Source: Antedon mediterranea
Lineage: Eukaryota > Animalia > Echinodermata
Assembly: GCF_964355755.1 (NCBI RefSeq)
Contig: NC_092676.1
Location: 15,332,871-15,396,870 of the forward strand
Length of the DNA: 64,000 nt
Direction: 5' to 3'
The notes below the pieces were generated by a model, which worked only from the letters and a program-made list of their open reading frames with translations, ran no database searches and was not told the origin of the DNA. The first letter of the stretch is position 1. Each line of letters begins with the position of its first letter. This document shows positions 1 through 13,860 of this stretch, piece after piece. The translations under genes and the position numbers were made by a program.

Positions 1-135
1 TGATCTATGCTCCCTGCAATCGGACGCGTGGATCGCAGTAAACTACAATCCCTCATCGTGTAATAAAATTGCTATAGTTGACTGTACTAAGCAATGCATA
101 TTTGTTCAGAATGTAGCATGGTTATTGTTCTTTAC

Positions 136-202
136 CTTTCATCCCAGGTTTTAGGTTCTCCTTCCTGTAAGTGATTTGTTTCCTGCTCTGCTGGTGGGTG
201 TG
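136..202 (-). CDS. Possible isolated internal exon of an unidentified minus-strand gene
   Basis: Minus strand reads ttgtttgttcag|CACACC...GATGAAAG|gtaaag; 67 bp, purine-rich, two open frames (HPPAEQETNHLQEGEPKTWDE or HTHQQSRKQITYRKENLKPGMK). No partner exon found. Confidence 0.3.
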
Positions 203-371
203 CTGAACAAACAATATTCATTCTTATATAGATATTGTATAAGTCTAAAATTCAAAATTAATCAACAAACATACAGTACCCTAAACTAGCATTGGTATGG
301 TAGTCAATCATTCATTTCGGTTGTCATACTGTATAGTTGAAGGAAAATCTGACATTCGCCTTTTCCATTTA

Positions 372-775
372 CAGTTGAACCTTCATTTTACGTACGGTAC
401 GAGACCAAAAGGCGTACGTAAAAGCTAATTAGCCTAGACTAATCTAGGCCAGGTTAGGCCTATCTAGATGTGAGGCCTAGCTGTGATGCTTAACTGGAAA
501 AGTATGCAGGCTGTGCGATGTTTAAATAAAGTTTTATAATTAAAAACCAATGTTCTTGTATTTTCTATCAATAAAAACAGTCACTGCTGTAGGGGGAATG
601 CACCCGTGTGGCTTGTCTCACAGCCTTGGCTTTGTGGTTAGATTGTGCCCTCAATGTAAAAAAATAACACTATTTATGTAATAAATTACTAAAAATGATG
701 ACGTCGTCAGTCATTTTATGCGTACGTAAAATCAGGGTACGTAAAATCAGGGTACGTAAAACATGGATTCTACTG
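372..775. mobile_element. Tc1/mariner (pogo/Tigger-like) MITE
   Basis: TA-flanked imperfect TIRs CAGTTGAACCTTCATTTTACGTAC / GTACGTAAAACATGGATTCTACTG, with subterminal GTACGTAAAA repeats. Confidence 0.7.
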
Positions 776-780
776 TATAG

Positions 781-842
781 TTATTTACTGTTCATTTATT
801 TACTGTTCATTTATTTACTGTTCATTTATTTACTGTTCATTT
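781..842. repeat. 15-bp tandem repeat x4
   Basis: (TTATTTACTGTTCAT)4. Confidence 0.9.
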
Positions 843-912
843 GTTAGTGAAATTTGGAAAAATTAAATTAGACAGGTGCACCAAATTACTTAAATAATCA
901 ACAGTATGCATA

Positions 913-1709
913 CACGGTAAACAGACGATCAGGGCCAAGGATGATCGGGCCCATTTTGTTATGTGCCCTATCGTCTTATACGTTTGTTCCGATCGTCTTA
1001 GGCGTTGGGCCTGATAGTCTTAACCGTTGGGCCCGATAGTCTTAACATTGGGCCCGATAAACTAATAACAATATTTTATAGACAATGCGGTGCAGAACAG
1101 GAAGCCAATGTAATTCTTTAACATTGGGCCCCGATAGCCAAGTGTATCGTTTGTTAATCTGTTCCATTATATTTTATAATTGAGTTATTGGCAAACAATG
1201 TTTATGTATAATATTAATGGTAGCCATTACAGTACATGCGATTAAAAAAGATATGATAGAAAATTATTAGATTATACATAAAGGTGACGTAAGGTAAAAA
1301 AACTCATTTTGTCATTTGGTAACTGTATCTGTGTCTACTATTGCAATTGTTGGCAGAGATTTTTTTAGCCTAAATGAATTATTTATTTATTATTATATAT
1401 TATTTTCTAGTGTTTGGTATAGAAAAAAAGTCTCCTTAATAGGGTAATCATAATATAATAATATTTTATGGTTAACAATTATAAATCCAATTCGTTTTCG
1501 TGGACCGGATCGTCTTCCCTTTATTTTTATAATGGGCCCGATCGTCTAATTATATTGGGCCCGAATGTCCTGGTCCAAACAGTTGAGCCCGAACATCCAC
1601 ACAAAGTTGGGCCTAAACGTCTGCACACGTTAGTACCCGATTGTCTTTAGAAAAACCAGATCGTCTGGCCCTGATCATCCATGATCATCCTGATAGTCTG
1701 TCAATTGTG
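913..1709. mobile_element. Non-autonomous TIR element with subterminal GGGCCCGATCGTCT repeats (possibly CACTA/EnSpm-like)
   Basis: TA-flanked TIRs CACGGTAAACAGACGATCAGG / CCTGATAGTCTGTCAATTGTG; many degenerate tgggcccgatagtct motifs near both ends. Confidence 0.6.
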
Positions 1710-3214
1710 TATACAATAATAGTAATTTAGCATCTTCTTGGTCCAAGCATAGCAAGTACTAATTATTACTTTAGCCTCCCCCTAAAATTTAATAGCCATG
1801 TCTTTTTAAAATAAAAAAATGACTATTTGTATTTTTCTGCAACCTGATCGTTTTTTTATATCATTTTTGAAATGTTTAGCCCCTCCTAATCTATTATAAT
1901 ATAATGCTGGATCATCCACCCCTGTCTATTATCAACAGGACAATTAGACTCCTAAAAAGTTGTTCTGAATTGTAAAAGTTGTCCTTGGGACATATTTATC
2001 CGTGTAGTTTAATAAAGCTAGGGATACACCTATTTGTCTTATAAATGACATAAACATTGCTTGTGCTTTACTGAAATATAAGCATGACAGTGCTTGTTGG
2101 ATAAATACAATACAGTACTTATTTTATATATAGCACACAAGAGCATACAGAGAGGAGGCCACTAGTGCACAAGTTACACTATGCTGCATGGATGAACCTT
2201 GTCAAAATGTGAACTGTGAGCTTATGGCAGCCAACGTGTTAGATTGATTTTAATCTTAACAATATAAGGTGAAATAATCATGTATATGATATAAAAGAAA
2301 ATCTAATTGCAAATATTGAATTTAAATTAATTGTAGGAATACTGTGACTCATTGATATTGACATAAATGCTCATCTTCTTATCCAAGGCATTCTAAGCTA
2401 AAGTAAACTAATCAAGTCTATTCAAAACCTGAATATTATAGGTGTTTAATTTGATTGCTCATTGTTTAAAAAATATTAACTTGAAAGATCTGAAAACATA
2501 TTAAACTCTTTTTAGAAATGTTAATGGTTAATAGTTCAATTAATTTAATATATGTTTGACTGTAATTTATCCTTAATATAAACATAGATCAGGTGTCTGA
2601 AATTTTCAATAACTACTAAGACTTAAAGTTAGCTTGATGTTCAAGATGTGCTATTACCATTTATTAGTGCCACCATTTACATACTGTATTAACTTTCTAA
2701 AATATGTACAATTATAGAGTTCTCAATTAACATCTGTAATTACTAACTTCTACTTTTTCATGTACCGAAATCTAGGTTCACGCTAGCCATTAGCATATTT
2801 AAAAATAACGATTGGAGTTGCCAATTGGCAAAAAAAAAAAAATGATATCCTTCGCAAAACTGGCGAAATTTCGTCTGGCCATGGTTTAAAGTTTGAGAAG
2901 TCTTGTTCCTGAATTATTTTATCTTCCTTTTTTGGTCAGAATCTGTTATACAAATCAGGAAAGACATGATTCTTGCTGACAAGGTTACCGTTTGATTGCA
3001 ATTTTCTGTTATACTTTTGTCTTCCATCTTACTAACAAAGATGTTTGCATGTTGTTTTTAACCCTTTGAATTGCACTTTTTGAGCCTTTGACCTAGGTAG
3101 AAAAAAATGCAATTTTTCGGAAGGCCAAACAATTTCACATAATAAAACCAGCAATTACAGAAAGTTACAGGTATAAAAATATATTTTGCATTTTTCCTTT
3201 TAGCCTCAGACACT

Positions 3215-3612
3215 TTATTTATTTTATTTTTATTTGTTCTTTCCTTAAACTGAAATACACTTTCAATACAAAAGTACTGATTTCCAAAGTGGTTCAGTAA
3301 ACATATTTACAACAAAAATAAAATATAAAAGAAAAACAAAAAGAAAGAAAACAGATATAAAACTATTTACAATTGTGAAGGCAAAAAGGTTAATACATTA
3401 TATATGTTTTCTATAGTGAAGATTTAAAAGTTTCCAAAGACATATTATGGAGTTCTGATTTTATGTTATTTGGTAGAGAATTCCATAGTTTAGTTGATCT
3501 ATAAAAAAAGTTCTTTTACCCTGAGAGTTATTCCATAATGGAATAGATAAGTCATTATTACTTTGGGAGCGAGTGCATTTATTATGGTTATCTACAGTAA
3601 ATTGAAATACTT
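3215..3612 (-). mobile_element. 5'-truncated LINE (CR1/L2-group) 3' end
   Basis: Minus strand HNKCTRSQSNNDLSIPLWNNSQGKRTF/YRSTKLWNSLPNNIKS...FKSSL* with one frameshift, a typical ORF2 C-terminus, followed by a T-rich 3' UTR and A-rich tail. Confidence 0.75.
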
Positions 3613-6600
3613 AGGGTAGAAACCTTGTGTCTTTAAAGTACAGTAGGGTTAAGTCTTCAGAATTATTTACTGGGAAAAAAAAAAGATTTCCTTTGTAGCA
3701 AAAAGAAATCCTCTAGTTCTGATTAAAATTTGTAAATTTTGTATAACAAAAAGAAAGAAATAAATTAACATACAGCAAGTTTAAATTGTAGGAGCTTTGG
3801 GTATTTTCAATCAAATGGTAACTTGATATTATATCCTACATGTACACATACAAGCACTGTCATAGTAAATCTCCAATATCATACCTCTACTACAGTACTA
3901 GGTACCCATTCATTTTCTTCCACACTGGTAAATAGTCCATTGCATTTGCACCATAACTCTGTTGTTTAGACATTATAATATTTAATTTTCCCTTAATGGT
4001 TCTGTAATGAAGAAGTAAGAATCAAATGACGGTAGAATATGATGTTATCATCGACCAAAGAAGCTCTATTGTAAACAGTAAAAGCCTATTTAATTGAAGT
4101 TGTGTGTGAAATTCAAACCCAATGCTCTTTTACCCCATGGCATTTAATCAAGGTATCATAGGAGAACATTTGTATATGGAATTATTTGATTTGGGACCAA
4201 TAAAGAGGAAAAATTATCAATGTAAACAATTTACTGTGTACACAAGTTTGTAACCTGAGTGGTTTGTAGGGTTCGAACAAACCTCTTTTCCCTGAAGTGC
4301 CCTTTCAAACTAGGCCTAGCCTACAGTACTAACATTTTTTGCCATTCTACATAGTCAACTCCCTGCTCACTCTCTTTGAAACTAAACTGGTTAGCATCAC
4401 TCAATTTTATTATGTGACTTTAAAAAGCGGAATTCCCGGAAGTGAAAACATGTAAACCACTGCTAAAGAATATTGTATTTTAGCGGGAAATGACACGAAA
4501 TATTGTGAGACTCCCGCATTTATCGGGAGAGAATAGGATGTCTGCCTTTAGTGCTCTTTTCTTCAAGATGTACTTATCTTAGCCCCTGGTGAAAAGAGGT
4601 CAATGGAAACTCTGAGTTATATACTGTATATATTGATACAGTATGTCCTATTCGTTTTTTAAAAATAAAATGATGGAGACAGGGTATAAATACATTTTCC
4701 AAATAGGTAAACAAATTCATCACTGTACCACTGTATTAATACATACCCCAGCTGATGAAAGAAAGGTAACAACAATAATAGAAGCAGCTAACAATTTGCA
4801 TCATGTTGGTGTTGGAGATTTGATATAATGGACACTGACAGTAGGATTCTCTGCTAACATATTACGATAGCAATGCAAATTGTCAATTCACCAGTTTTTA
4901 TCGACACCTGGGAAGTGTCATTGGAATAGCCAAATGTATTGCAAACATTAAAATCAATGATTATGTTATCAATATTTCTTATCAATAATAACAGTATTTG
5001 CATTACAAGTGCCTCATAGTCATAAGATATTTTGATTTTTAAAAAAGAATGCTTTAAATCATAATATGGGATTAAAAGCAGTTTTACGTAGAGAGTTCTA
5101 GCTTGCACATTCATCCAAGTAATGTAGACTATTAAAGATTAAAGAATCCAGTATATTATTCACATTCTTATTGTTTTTCATCAAAAACACAACCTATAAA
5201 TATAATTTATATTTTGTGTGTTAACAGTATTAATTCCTTTGGTCTACTAAACGACTACTTCAGGTTCATTCAGTTTCTCAAAAATAAGAATAGTTATCAA
5301 CTGTTTTGCCTTTAGTTTTATAGTAGTACAGTATTTGCAACATAATCTAGATGATTGTGTTTATGTAAATTAGTTTTACAATTAGACAGTTTATGTACTG
5401 TACAGTTTAGATAAGCTGGGATTGCGACCTCTTTCTATTGAGCAGGATAATTAACATGACTTTCTTGGTTACAGAAATTGGGCCCACACAAAAAAACATT
5501 TTTTACTAATGAATTGTATTGTGGGTATATAATGACCTCATTTTACAAACTGTAGCTGAGAGAACTGGTTTTTCATTGTACATAGTAAAAATAAGCTAAA
5601 CAACAACATTTTTGCAATACTAACAAATACCAAAATCCTTTTGAAATTGAAGAAAACATTTTTTTCTTGGAATTTTTCAATAGAAACTGCAGGCCCTAAA
5701 ATTTAAGAATGATAATAATTTTAGATAATATCTGAACATAGTATAAATATTACTACCTATTTATTACATATTTTGTTGTACATAGATCAGTGTATACAGT
5801 ACATTTTCTATGTTGGAAGTCAATATTGATATAATTGGTACAGGTGAAACTTCTCATTCAAGGCTTCCTGCTTGTTACATAGAAAGATTCACTATTAAGA
5901 CATTACAATGGACTAAGGCTAGGCTATTGATTCAATCCCAACATTTGCATACAATAGAGTAAACATGAGTATAATTAGCTAAACAGTTTCTTTTATAATC
6001 CCAGGGTCAGTTATATAGTAGAATCTTTCAGGACAATTGTATTGGTTTGGTATGAAACTTTTTTATTTTACAAAAATATTCAAAATTGTGATTTCTCCTA
6101 CTGTATATTTTTGCTATTGAAAGTGAATCACTTTTATAACAATATACAAATGATATCCTAAGAAACTTTACTATTGAAATCTGCCTATAAGGAGTAAATT
6201 GTATTGCAATATTATTAAGGTATTAAATAAAATTATACCAACTATATAATATATACCAACTCATCGTCGTCATGGTATTAACAATGCTAGACGATGAAAC
6301 GCCAGTTGAGAATGAAACCTGATAAATTTCGAAACGTACTGTAAGTTCGCTTATATTATTTTTTGGTTGTTCTAAAAGAAATTTTATTTAATACCTATTC
6401 CACAACCAGATGAAATTCTTCTAACATTATTAAAGTAATTACAGTAATATCATCTGCCTGCCTTCAAAATGTGTTTAGTAATGTTGGTAGCATTTCTTTT
6501 GCTTGTTTGCTTTATTCTTATCAGAGCTGTAATTAAACACATTGGATGGTAGATAAGTACAAACTACAAGTATCAATGCGCAATATCAACAGAAACTGGT

Positions 6601-8234
6601 GAAGTTTTTAGGCTAAGGTTCATTTCAGTAAAAAAAGAGGTTTAATATATTGAATTTACATTTTGCTGTTTGAGTCAGAGGGAAATAAAGCCGATTTATT
6701 TTATTGTGTAAATGGTTTAGTATCGGGCTCAGTTATTTTAAACTGCATTAGTTCCTGAATACATATTCCAGTATTAACTTGTGCACAATCTCAATCTTGT
6801 CAAATTTAATGCATTTCAATCCATTCTTTTCTAGCCAAATCACCTATTATGATTGTCAAAACTTATTTTTTCAATTTTATTTTGGTTTGTTTCTTAAATA
6901 ATATTAATTGTGAATAGGTTACACAGTAACACCATGTTTTTTATAGATATAAATAAATTACAGTTGTGTAGAAGAGCATTTAACATTCAGATTTGTGTGT
7001 AATTATATTATTATATAGGATAAAAATAATTCAAGGTTGTAGAGGGTCGTGGGAGATGTGCAGGGTGCTTACCATCATATCACCCAATCTAATTGTCTTT
7101 TAATATCTATTAAATCATGCATAATACAGTGCTCATAAATATCAAGTTAAAATGTGTACAGTTTATTAAAATTTTATATCATTTTAAAGTTTTTGAAAAT
7201 TAAGTGTTATTGTGTACATACACAGATCATCAGCATTTCTCAATGAATACAAATCCAGTGTTTATTCAAATAAATGCGGTAGGCCTAACTGGTATAATCA
7301 ATACATTATTTATTTCAAACATCTTGTAAAACATGGACTAAAGAATCCCGGGTTTTAACGTGATACGCCGGATAGCGCACAACCTGAAACTTGCCATCTA
7401 ACTCAACAAGTCAGCTACCAATCGGCGTTCAGGGTTTAACCTGATTTCCAAAAAATCTATGAATATCATCAGTTCTCAATATTTATTTATTATTTAACGC
7501 ACACATGGCCTGTTAAAAAAGAAGAGTATGACTGTTACCGCAAACGTTGCCAGCTAGATCAGAGAGGGCAGCAAAAACCCAGAAGTCGCAAAGTAATTAC
7601 ATCAACTCGTAAATTGCTTCTAGCGCGGACGGTTGAAAATCTTCCGATGGAATTAGATATTTTTTTTAGGAGAGAATATAGAACAATATCGTATAGGCCT
7701 GCTAAAATGTTGTAGAATCCAACTATCGCAGTACACATTGAACAGCTAGGTGAGTAACCGACACAGAGTTGGTGACATGCGTTTTATTCTAGAGTTAAAG
7801 CATAATTTATAGATATAACCCAAATTGCCTAGTGACAATTATTTGTCAACAGAATAATATAATTAGTTAGAGCACTGGGAACTATAAGGTAACATCTGTT
7901 GTCAGTTTAATTACTGTACAACACAATTGCCTAACACTGTGCATTTCAATTTCAAAATAATTAATAAATAAAAAGCTTTTACTTTTCGTTAACATACAAA
8001 GAATGACCTGTGTATACAATACTAATGCCCGAATAAAAGAAATGGCCTTTCGGGACTATTTTTACATTGTCAGAGTGACACTGAACTGAAATTATTCTTT
8101 TGAGATATTTTATGACAAAGCCCAAATTGATGTAAAAAAATTATGTTAAAGTTTTCAAGTAGGCTATGCTAGAATTAATTCAGTATTACCTTTTCTATTG
8201 ACACTAGCTTGCTTTTGTATCTTGTGTCTGAAGG

Positions 8235-11200
8235 GGTCTAGACTGATACTAATGCTAGCTTGCTTATTGTATCGTCTGTGGGTCTAGACTGACACTAATG
8301 CTAGCTTGCTTATTGTATCGTCTACTAATGCTAGCTTGCTTATTGTATCGTCTACTAATGCTAGCTTGCTTATTGTATCGTCTGTGGGTCTAGACTGACA
8401 CTAATGCTAGCTTGCTTATTGCATCTTCTGTGGGTCTAGACTGACACTAATGCTAGCTTGCTTATTGCATCGTCTGTGGGGGTAGACTGACACTAATGCT
8501 AGCTTGCTTATTGTATCGTCTGTGGGTCTAGACTGACACTAATGCTAGCTTGCTTATTGTATCGTCTGTGGGTCTAGACTGACACTAATGCTAGCTTGCT
8601 TATTGTATCGTCTGTGGGTGTAGACTGACACTAATGCTAGCTTGCTTATTGTATCGTCTGTGGGTGTAGACTGACACTAACGCTAGCTTGCTTATTGTAT
8701 CGTCTGTGGGTCTAGACTGACACTAATGCTAGCTTGCTTATTGTATCGTCTGTGGGTCTAGACTGACACTAATGCTAGCTTGCTTATTGTATCGTCTGTG
8801 GGTCTAGACTGACACTAACGCTAGCTTGCTTATTGTATTGTCTGTGGGTCTAGACTGACACTAATGCTAGCTTGCTTATTGTATCGTCTGTGGGTGTAGA
8901 CTGACACTAATGCTAGCTTGCTTATTGTATCGTCTGTGGGTCTAGACTGACACTAATGCTAGCTTGCTTATTGTATCGTCTGTGGGTCTAGACTGACACT
9001 AACGCTAGCTTGCTTATTGTATCGTCTGTGGGTGTAGACTGACACTAATGCTAGCTTGCTTATTGCATAGTCTGTGGGTCCAGACTGACACTAATGCTAG
9101 CTTGCTTATTGTATCGTCTGTGGGTCTAGACTGACACTAATGCTAGCTTGCTTATTGCATCTTCTGTGGGTCTAGACTGACACTAATGCTAGCTTGCTTA
9201 TTGTATCGTCTGTGGGTCGAGACTGACACTAATGCTAGCTTGCTTATTGTATCGTCTGTGGGTCTAGACTGACACTAATGCTAGCTTGCTTATTGTATCG
9301 TCTGTGGGTCTAGACTGACACTAATGCTAGCTTGCTTATTGTATCGTCTGTGGGTCTAGACTGACACTAATGCTAGCTTGCTTATTGTATCGTCTGTGGG
9401 TCTAGACTGACACTAATGCTAGCTTGCTTATTGTATCGTCTGTGGGTGTAGACTGACATTAATGCTAGCTTGCTTATTGTATCGTCTGTGGGTGTAGACT
9501 GACACTAACGCTAGCTTGCTTATTGTATCGTCTGTGGGTCTAGACTGACACTAATGCTAGCTTGCTTATTGTATCGTCTGTGGGTCTAGACTGACACTAA
9601 TGCTAGCTTGCTTATTGTATCGTCTGTGGGTCTATACTGACACTAATGCTACAGTAGCTTGCTTATTGTATCGTCTGTGGGTGTAGACTGACACTAATGC
9701 TAGCTTGCTTATTGCATAGTCTGTGGGTCCAGACTGACACTAATGCTAGCTTGCTTATTGCATCTTCTGTGGGTCTAGACTGACACTAATGCTAGCTTGC
9801 TTATTGTATCGTCTGTGGGTCTAGACTGACACTAATGCTAGCTTGCTTATTGTATCGTCTGTGGGTCTAGACTGACACTAATGCTAGCTTGCTTATTGTA
9901 TCGTCTGTGGGTCTAGACTGACACTAACGCTAGCTTGCTTATTGTATCGTCTGTGGGTCTAGACTGACACTAACGCTAGCTTGCTTATTGTATCGTCTGT
10001 GGGTGTAGACTGACACTAACGCTAGCTTGCTTATTGTATCGTCTGTGGATCTAGACTGACAATAATGCTAGCTTGCTTATTGTATCGTCTGTGGGTGTAG
10101 ACTGACACTAATGCTAGCTTGCTTATTGTATCGTCTGTGGGTCTAGACTGACACTAATGCTAGCTTGCTTATTGTATCGTCTGTGGGTATAGACTGACAC
10201 TAATGCTAGCTTGCTTATTGTATCGTCTGTGGGTCTAGACTGACACTAATGCTAGCTTGCTTAGGGTATGTTCAGACTCACGGAGTTACGGTGGAGTTAT
10301 GTACGCGGCGTACATATTTTTGTGTCTGAACCATGCCGCGGATTAGCGTTAGGGAGCTGTTACTCCGCGCCAGTGGCGTTAATAACTCCAGCGGGAGAGG
10401 GTAGATTTCATAAGGCTAATCCATTGATGCATCAGTGATTTCAACCTCCGGTCAACGTCAGCCAATGAAAAGACACGACCGCAATTAGCAGCAGTCTATT
10501 CGCGAGGTTTTTTTTAATAGCAAAACAATATAGCCTATTCCTCGAGCTAGTAGATCAACAGCAACATTCGAATTAAAATGAAACGTGTTACATGGAAAAG
10601 TACAGAAGTGGCTGATTTGATTTCATTATGGGGCAGCCCTGAATTTATAGACAAGATCAAAATTAGAAATTGGAAAGCTAGCGCCGGCAACAAGATGGCT
10701 GTTTTTAAAGAAATTGCATCTAAACTGCAAAATTCCTCCTGACAAAGTTGGCGTCGGCGACATGATTTTACAAAATTAATTAAAATCATACAAATAATGG
10801 CAAAGTCATTGTCCGTGTAATAATTATGTTCGAAATTACTATCTTCTGTAAGGATTTGCAAAAAAATCGGCAAAAAAACCTTTACATTTGAAGGTAACAT
10901 TGTATTATATTGCTAGGCCTAGCTAGTGTTGTAAACTTTCGCGCGTGTCACTCTCAGCTCTGTCGGTATGACGGAACTTCCGCTTTAAACGCAAGACGTT
11001 TGGAATGATAATCGTTGTGTCTGAACACCTTGACTTTTAATGCCACGGATTACCGTACGCCTTGCGTAGATAACTCCACCGTAACTCCGTGAGTCTGAAC
11101 ATACCCTTATTGTATCGTCTGTGGGTCTATACTGACACTAATGCTAGCTTGCTTATTGTATCGTCTGTGGGTGTAGACTGACACTAATGCTAGCTTGCTT

Positions 11201-11262
11201 ATTGTATCGTCTACTGACACTACTTCTAGCTTGCTTATTTTATCGTCTGTGGGTCTAGACGG
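8235..11262. repeat. 46-bp minisatellite, roughly 45-50 copies, interrupted by a MITE at 10264-11106
   Basis: Unit GTCTGTGGGTCTAGACTGACACTAATGCTAGCTTGCTTATTGTATC. Confidence 0.97.
10264..11106. mobile_element. PIF/Harbinger-type MITE, young insertion
   Basis: Perfect 37-bp TIR GGGTATGTTCAGACTCACGGAGTTACGGTGGAGTTAT; TTA target duplication at 10261-10263 and 11107-11109; no transposase ORF. Confidence 0.92.
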
Positions 11263-12511
11263 GTACAAATGTTTTTTTGACAACTGTCTTAAGTTATTTC
11301 ACACTATAAATGGTGCTGTATGTTAGTTGTACTTTTATGACAATTATATTTAATGTTAAAGGCCAGTTGCGGGCAAAACATTCTATTGAACATTCCAATA
11401 ATTATCGATCTATAGTTCCCCCTATGTTTCATAATTTGTGTTACACCAGATTGTTTAAAATAAGCACTTTCTTATCAGTGGGAGGAGGGGGAGGGGGATA
11501 GTTGAAATTACACAGTAAAATCTCTATTCTTTTGTACACAAATGTTGTAAATAGAGAGGCATTTTTAAAATACTATATAAAATAAATGGTGTGGTAAAAA
11601 ATGTTATCAGATGACTAAATAAAAGTAATTACATTTCTAGTATTTTTATTTTTATTCAAGTTTTATTTTCATGATATAGCAAAAATTATACACCGTATAT
11701 CCACCATCTTTTTTCACTACTGAAAAAAGGTCTGGTTTTTATAGCAGAATTTTGTCACATTTTGTATTTGACCATTTTAAGGGAAGTTCATTTTAAGAGA
11801 AGTTCATGTTTTTTAATCTTGATTTTTATTACAAATATTTGATTTATGTACAATTAACCAGATATTATATTTACAATTCATGCCTGTACCTTGGCTTTAA
11901 AAAGCATTATGTACTTAATGTATTAATAAAATACAAATTCAATCTTTAAAATATATAACCTGCAGTTTGACTGACTGACTTCATGCTGTTTCTACAGAAA
12001 CCTGATGTTACAGTATGTTAACTGTTCATAATAGACAGGTTTTGAAATTCATTGCACATAGCTGATTCAACATATCTAAAGGTTATAGAACCACTGCTTA
12101 TCGCATTAGATTCATTTTTAATTAATACATTTTTTTATACTATAGTCTTTCCATCTACTTTTACTTACCATTAAATAATACAAACATAAAATCAGTTTTA
12201 ATAACCATCTTAAAATCTCAGTAGATTGATACTTGTGTAAAGTTTACATAAATTATTGTGTGTTGTGTGCATGCATAGTGCATTGTCCACAATTACTTTC
12301 TATCTCAGATTCTGATTCAGATTCATCTACTGTACTATCTTGAATTAGCTCTTTAAATTGACCATTTTAGTATTTTTTTAAAACATAGAATAATAAGAAT
12401 TTAATAGAGTGAACCGTGATGATGTCACTAAAAATAGTTGGGTGTAGATTGTAAGTAAACAAAAGAAGACCCCTCTTTTTAGCTACTGTACAATAGCAGA
12501 AGGTGTCAGAA

Positions 12512-13074
12512 TGCACACATGGTAATCTTGCACACATGGTGATCTTGCACACATGTTGATATTGCACACATGTTGATATTGCACCACATGTTGATATTGC
12601 ACACATGGTGATATTGCACACATGGTGATCTTGCACACATGGTGATCTTGCACACATGGTGATCTTGCACACATGTTGATATTGCACACATGTTGATATT
12701 GCACACATGTTGATATTGCACACATGTTGATATTGCACACATGGTGATATTGCACACATGGTGATCTTGCACACATGGTGATCTTGCACACATGGTGATC
12801 TTGCACACATGGTGATCTTGCACACATGGTGATCTTGCACACATGGTGATCTTGCACACATGGTGATCTTGCACACATGGTGATCTTGCACACATGGTGA
12901 TCTTGCACACATGGTGATCTTGCACACATGGTGATCTTGCACACATGGTGATCTTGCACACATGGTGATCTTGCACACATGGTGATCTTGCACACATGGT
13001 GATCTTGCACACATGGTGATCTTGCACACATGGTGATCTTGCACACATGGTGATCTTGCACACATGGTGATCTT
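12512..13074. repeat. 17-bp minisatellite, about 33 copies
   Basis: Unit TGCACACATGGTGATCT, with TTGATAT variants at the left end. Confidence 0.97.
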
Positions 13075-13644
13075 CAAGCAATTAATTTCTAATGGCAAAC
13101 TGGATACATCAATTCTTCCTGCGTCGCACATGTCTTCAACATGTAAATAAATTTGAGTTTTTGATCAAGATTTCTAAACGGTTTTGAAATAGAAAAGACA
13201 ATGAATGTTGCCATCAACCTAATAATAGTTATCTAATCATCCTAGCTGTCTAAGAAAGCAATGAAATTTGCCTTGGGATGTTATGCTTAGTTTGAAAAGT
13301 TGACTGTGGCAGCATTAATAGCTTGGCATGGCAGGAAAGTATGTATTTAAGGGTTAACAATTAAAAACAGAAGTTCTATACATCATTGTAGAAAGAATAT
13401 GTAAACTCAGATTTACCATTGGCCTTAACCACCAAGTTTAGTTTCTGTATATCATCACTCCTCAAGAAACCATCATTGGATACTCATCTATTTGTCATTA
13501 AAACCGATGTATACTAACATTCATCAGCTGCCTTGGCTTTTGACCTCGAGTTGTAAGTGTGAATCTACTCCATTCAACATAATAGCAATACTGTACATAC
13601 TATATGCTTCGATAATTTGTTTTATGTGAAAAGTAAGTAGATGC

Positions 13645-13860
13645 TAATAATTTAAGCAGCCCGCTATAAATACCAGCATGCATCGCACACAAAGATTAAT
13701 ATTTTCGTTTTGCTTCTGTGATACATCCACTTTTAGTGTGATCATAAGAAAAACTAATATTTCAGCGAAAATACCAGGTTTTCCCCGATTTTTAGTAATA
13801 GATTCTGCCAAAAAGGAAATACAATTAATCAACAATGAGACGATGCCAGCCAAGGCCTAT
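13645..13860 (+). repeat. Dispersed repeat, inverted homolog of about 21785-22001
   Basis: ctaataatttaagc..gctataaataccag.atgcatc...gcgaaaatacc...gattctgccaaaa...ggcctatagctag is shared with the reverse complement of 21785-22001. Confidence 0.75.

Noticed and set aside
2845-2853. ATATCCTT, a second U12-like donor
   Set aside because: No upstream exon or matching branch point identified; follows a poly-A run.
7500-7756. CpG-richer segment ending in AG|GTGAGT as a coding exon
   Set aside because: The ATG-initiated frames I checked stop before the donor; it could be a non-coding exon but cannot be supported from sequence alone.
10547-10900. 117-aa ORF inside the Harbinger MITE as a transposase
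   Set aside because: No recognisable DDE or Myb/SANT motif that I can support, and far too short.
12367-13131. Three overlapping Cys/His-rich ORFs (CKITMCARSPCVQDHHV)n
   Set aside because: Translation of a stop-free 17-bp minisatellite in all three frames; no splice or homology support.
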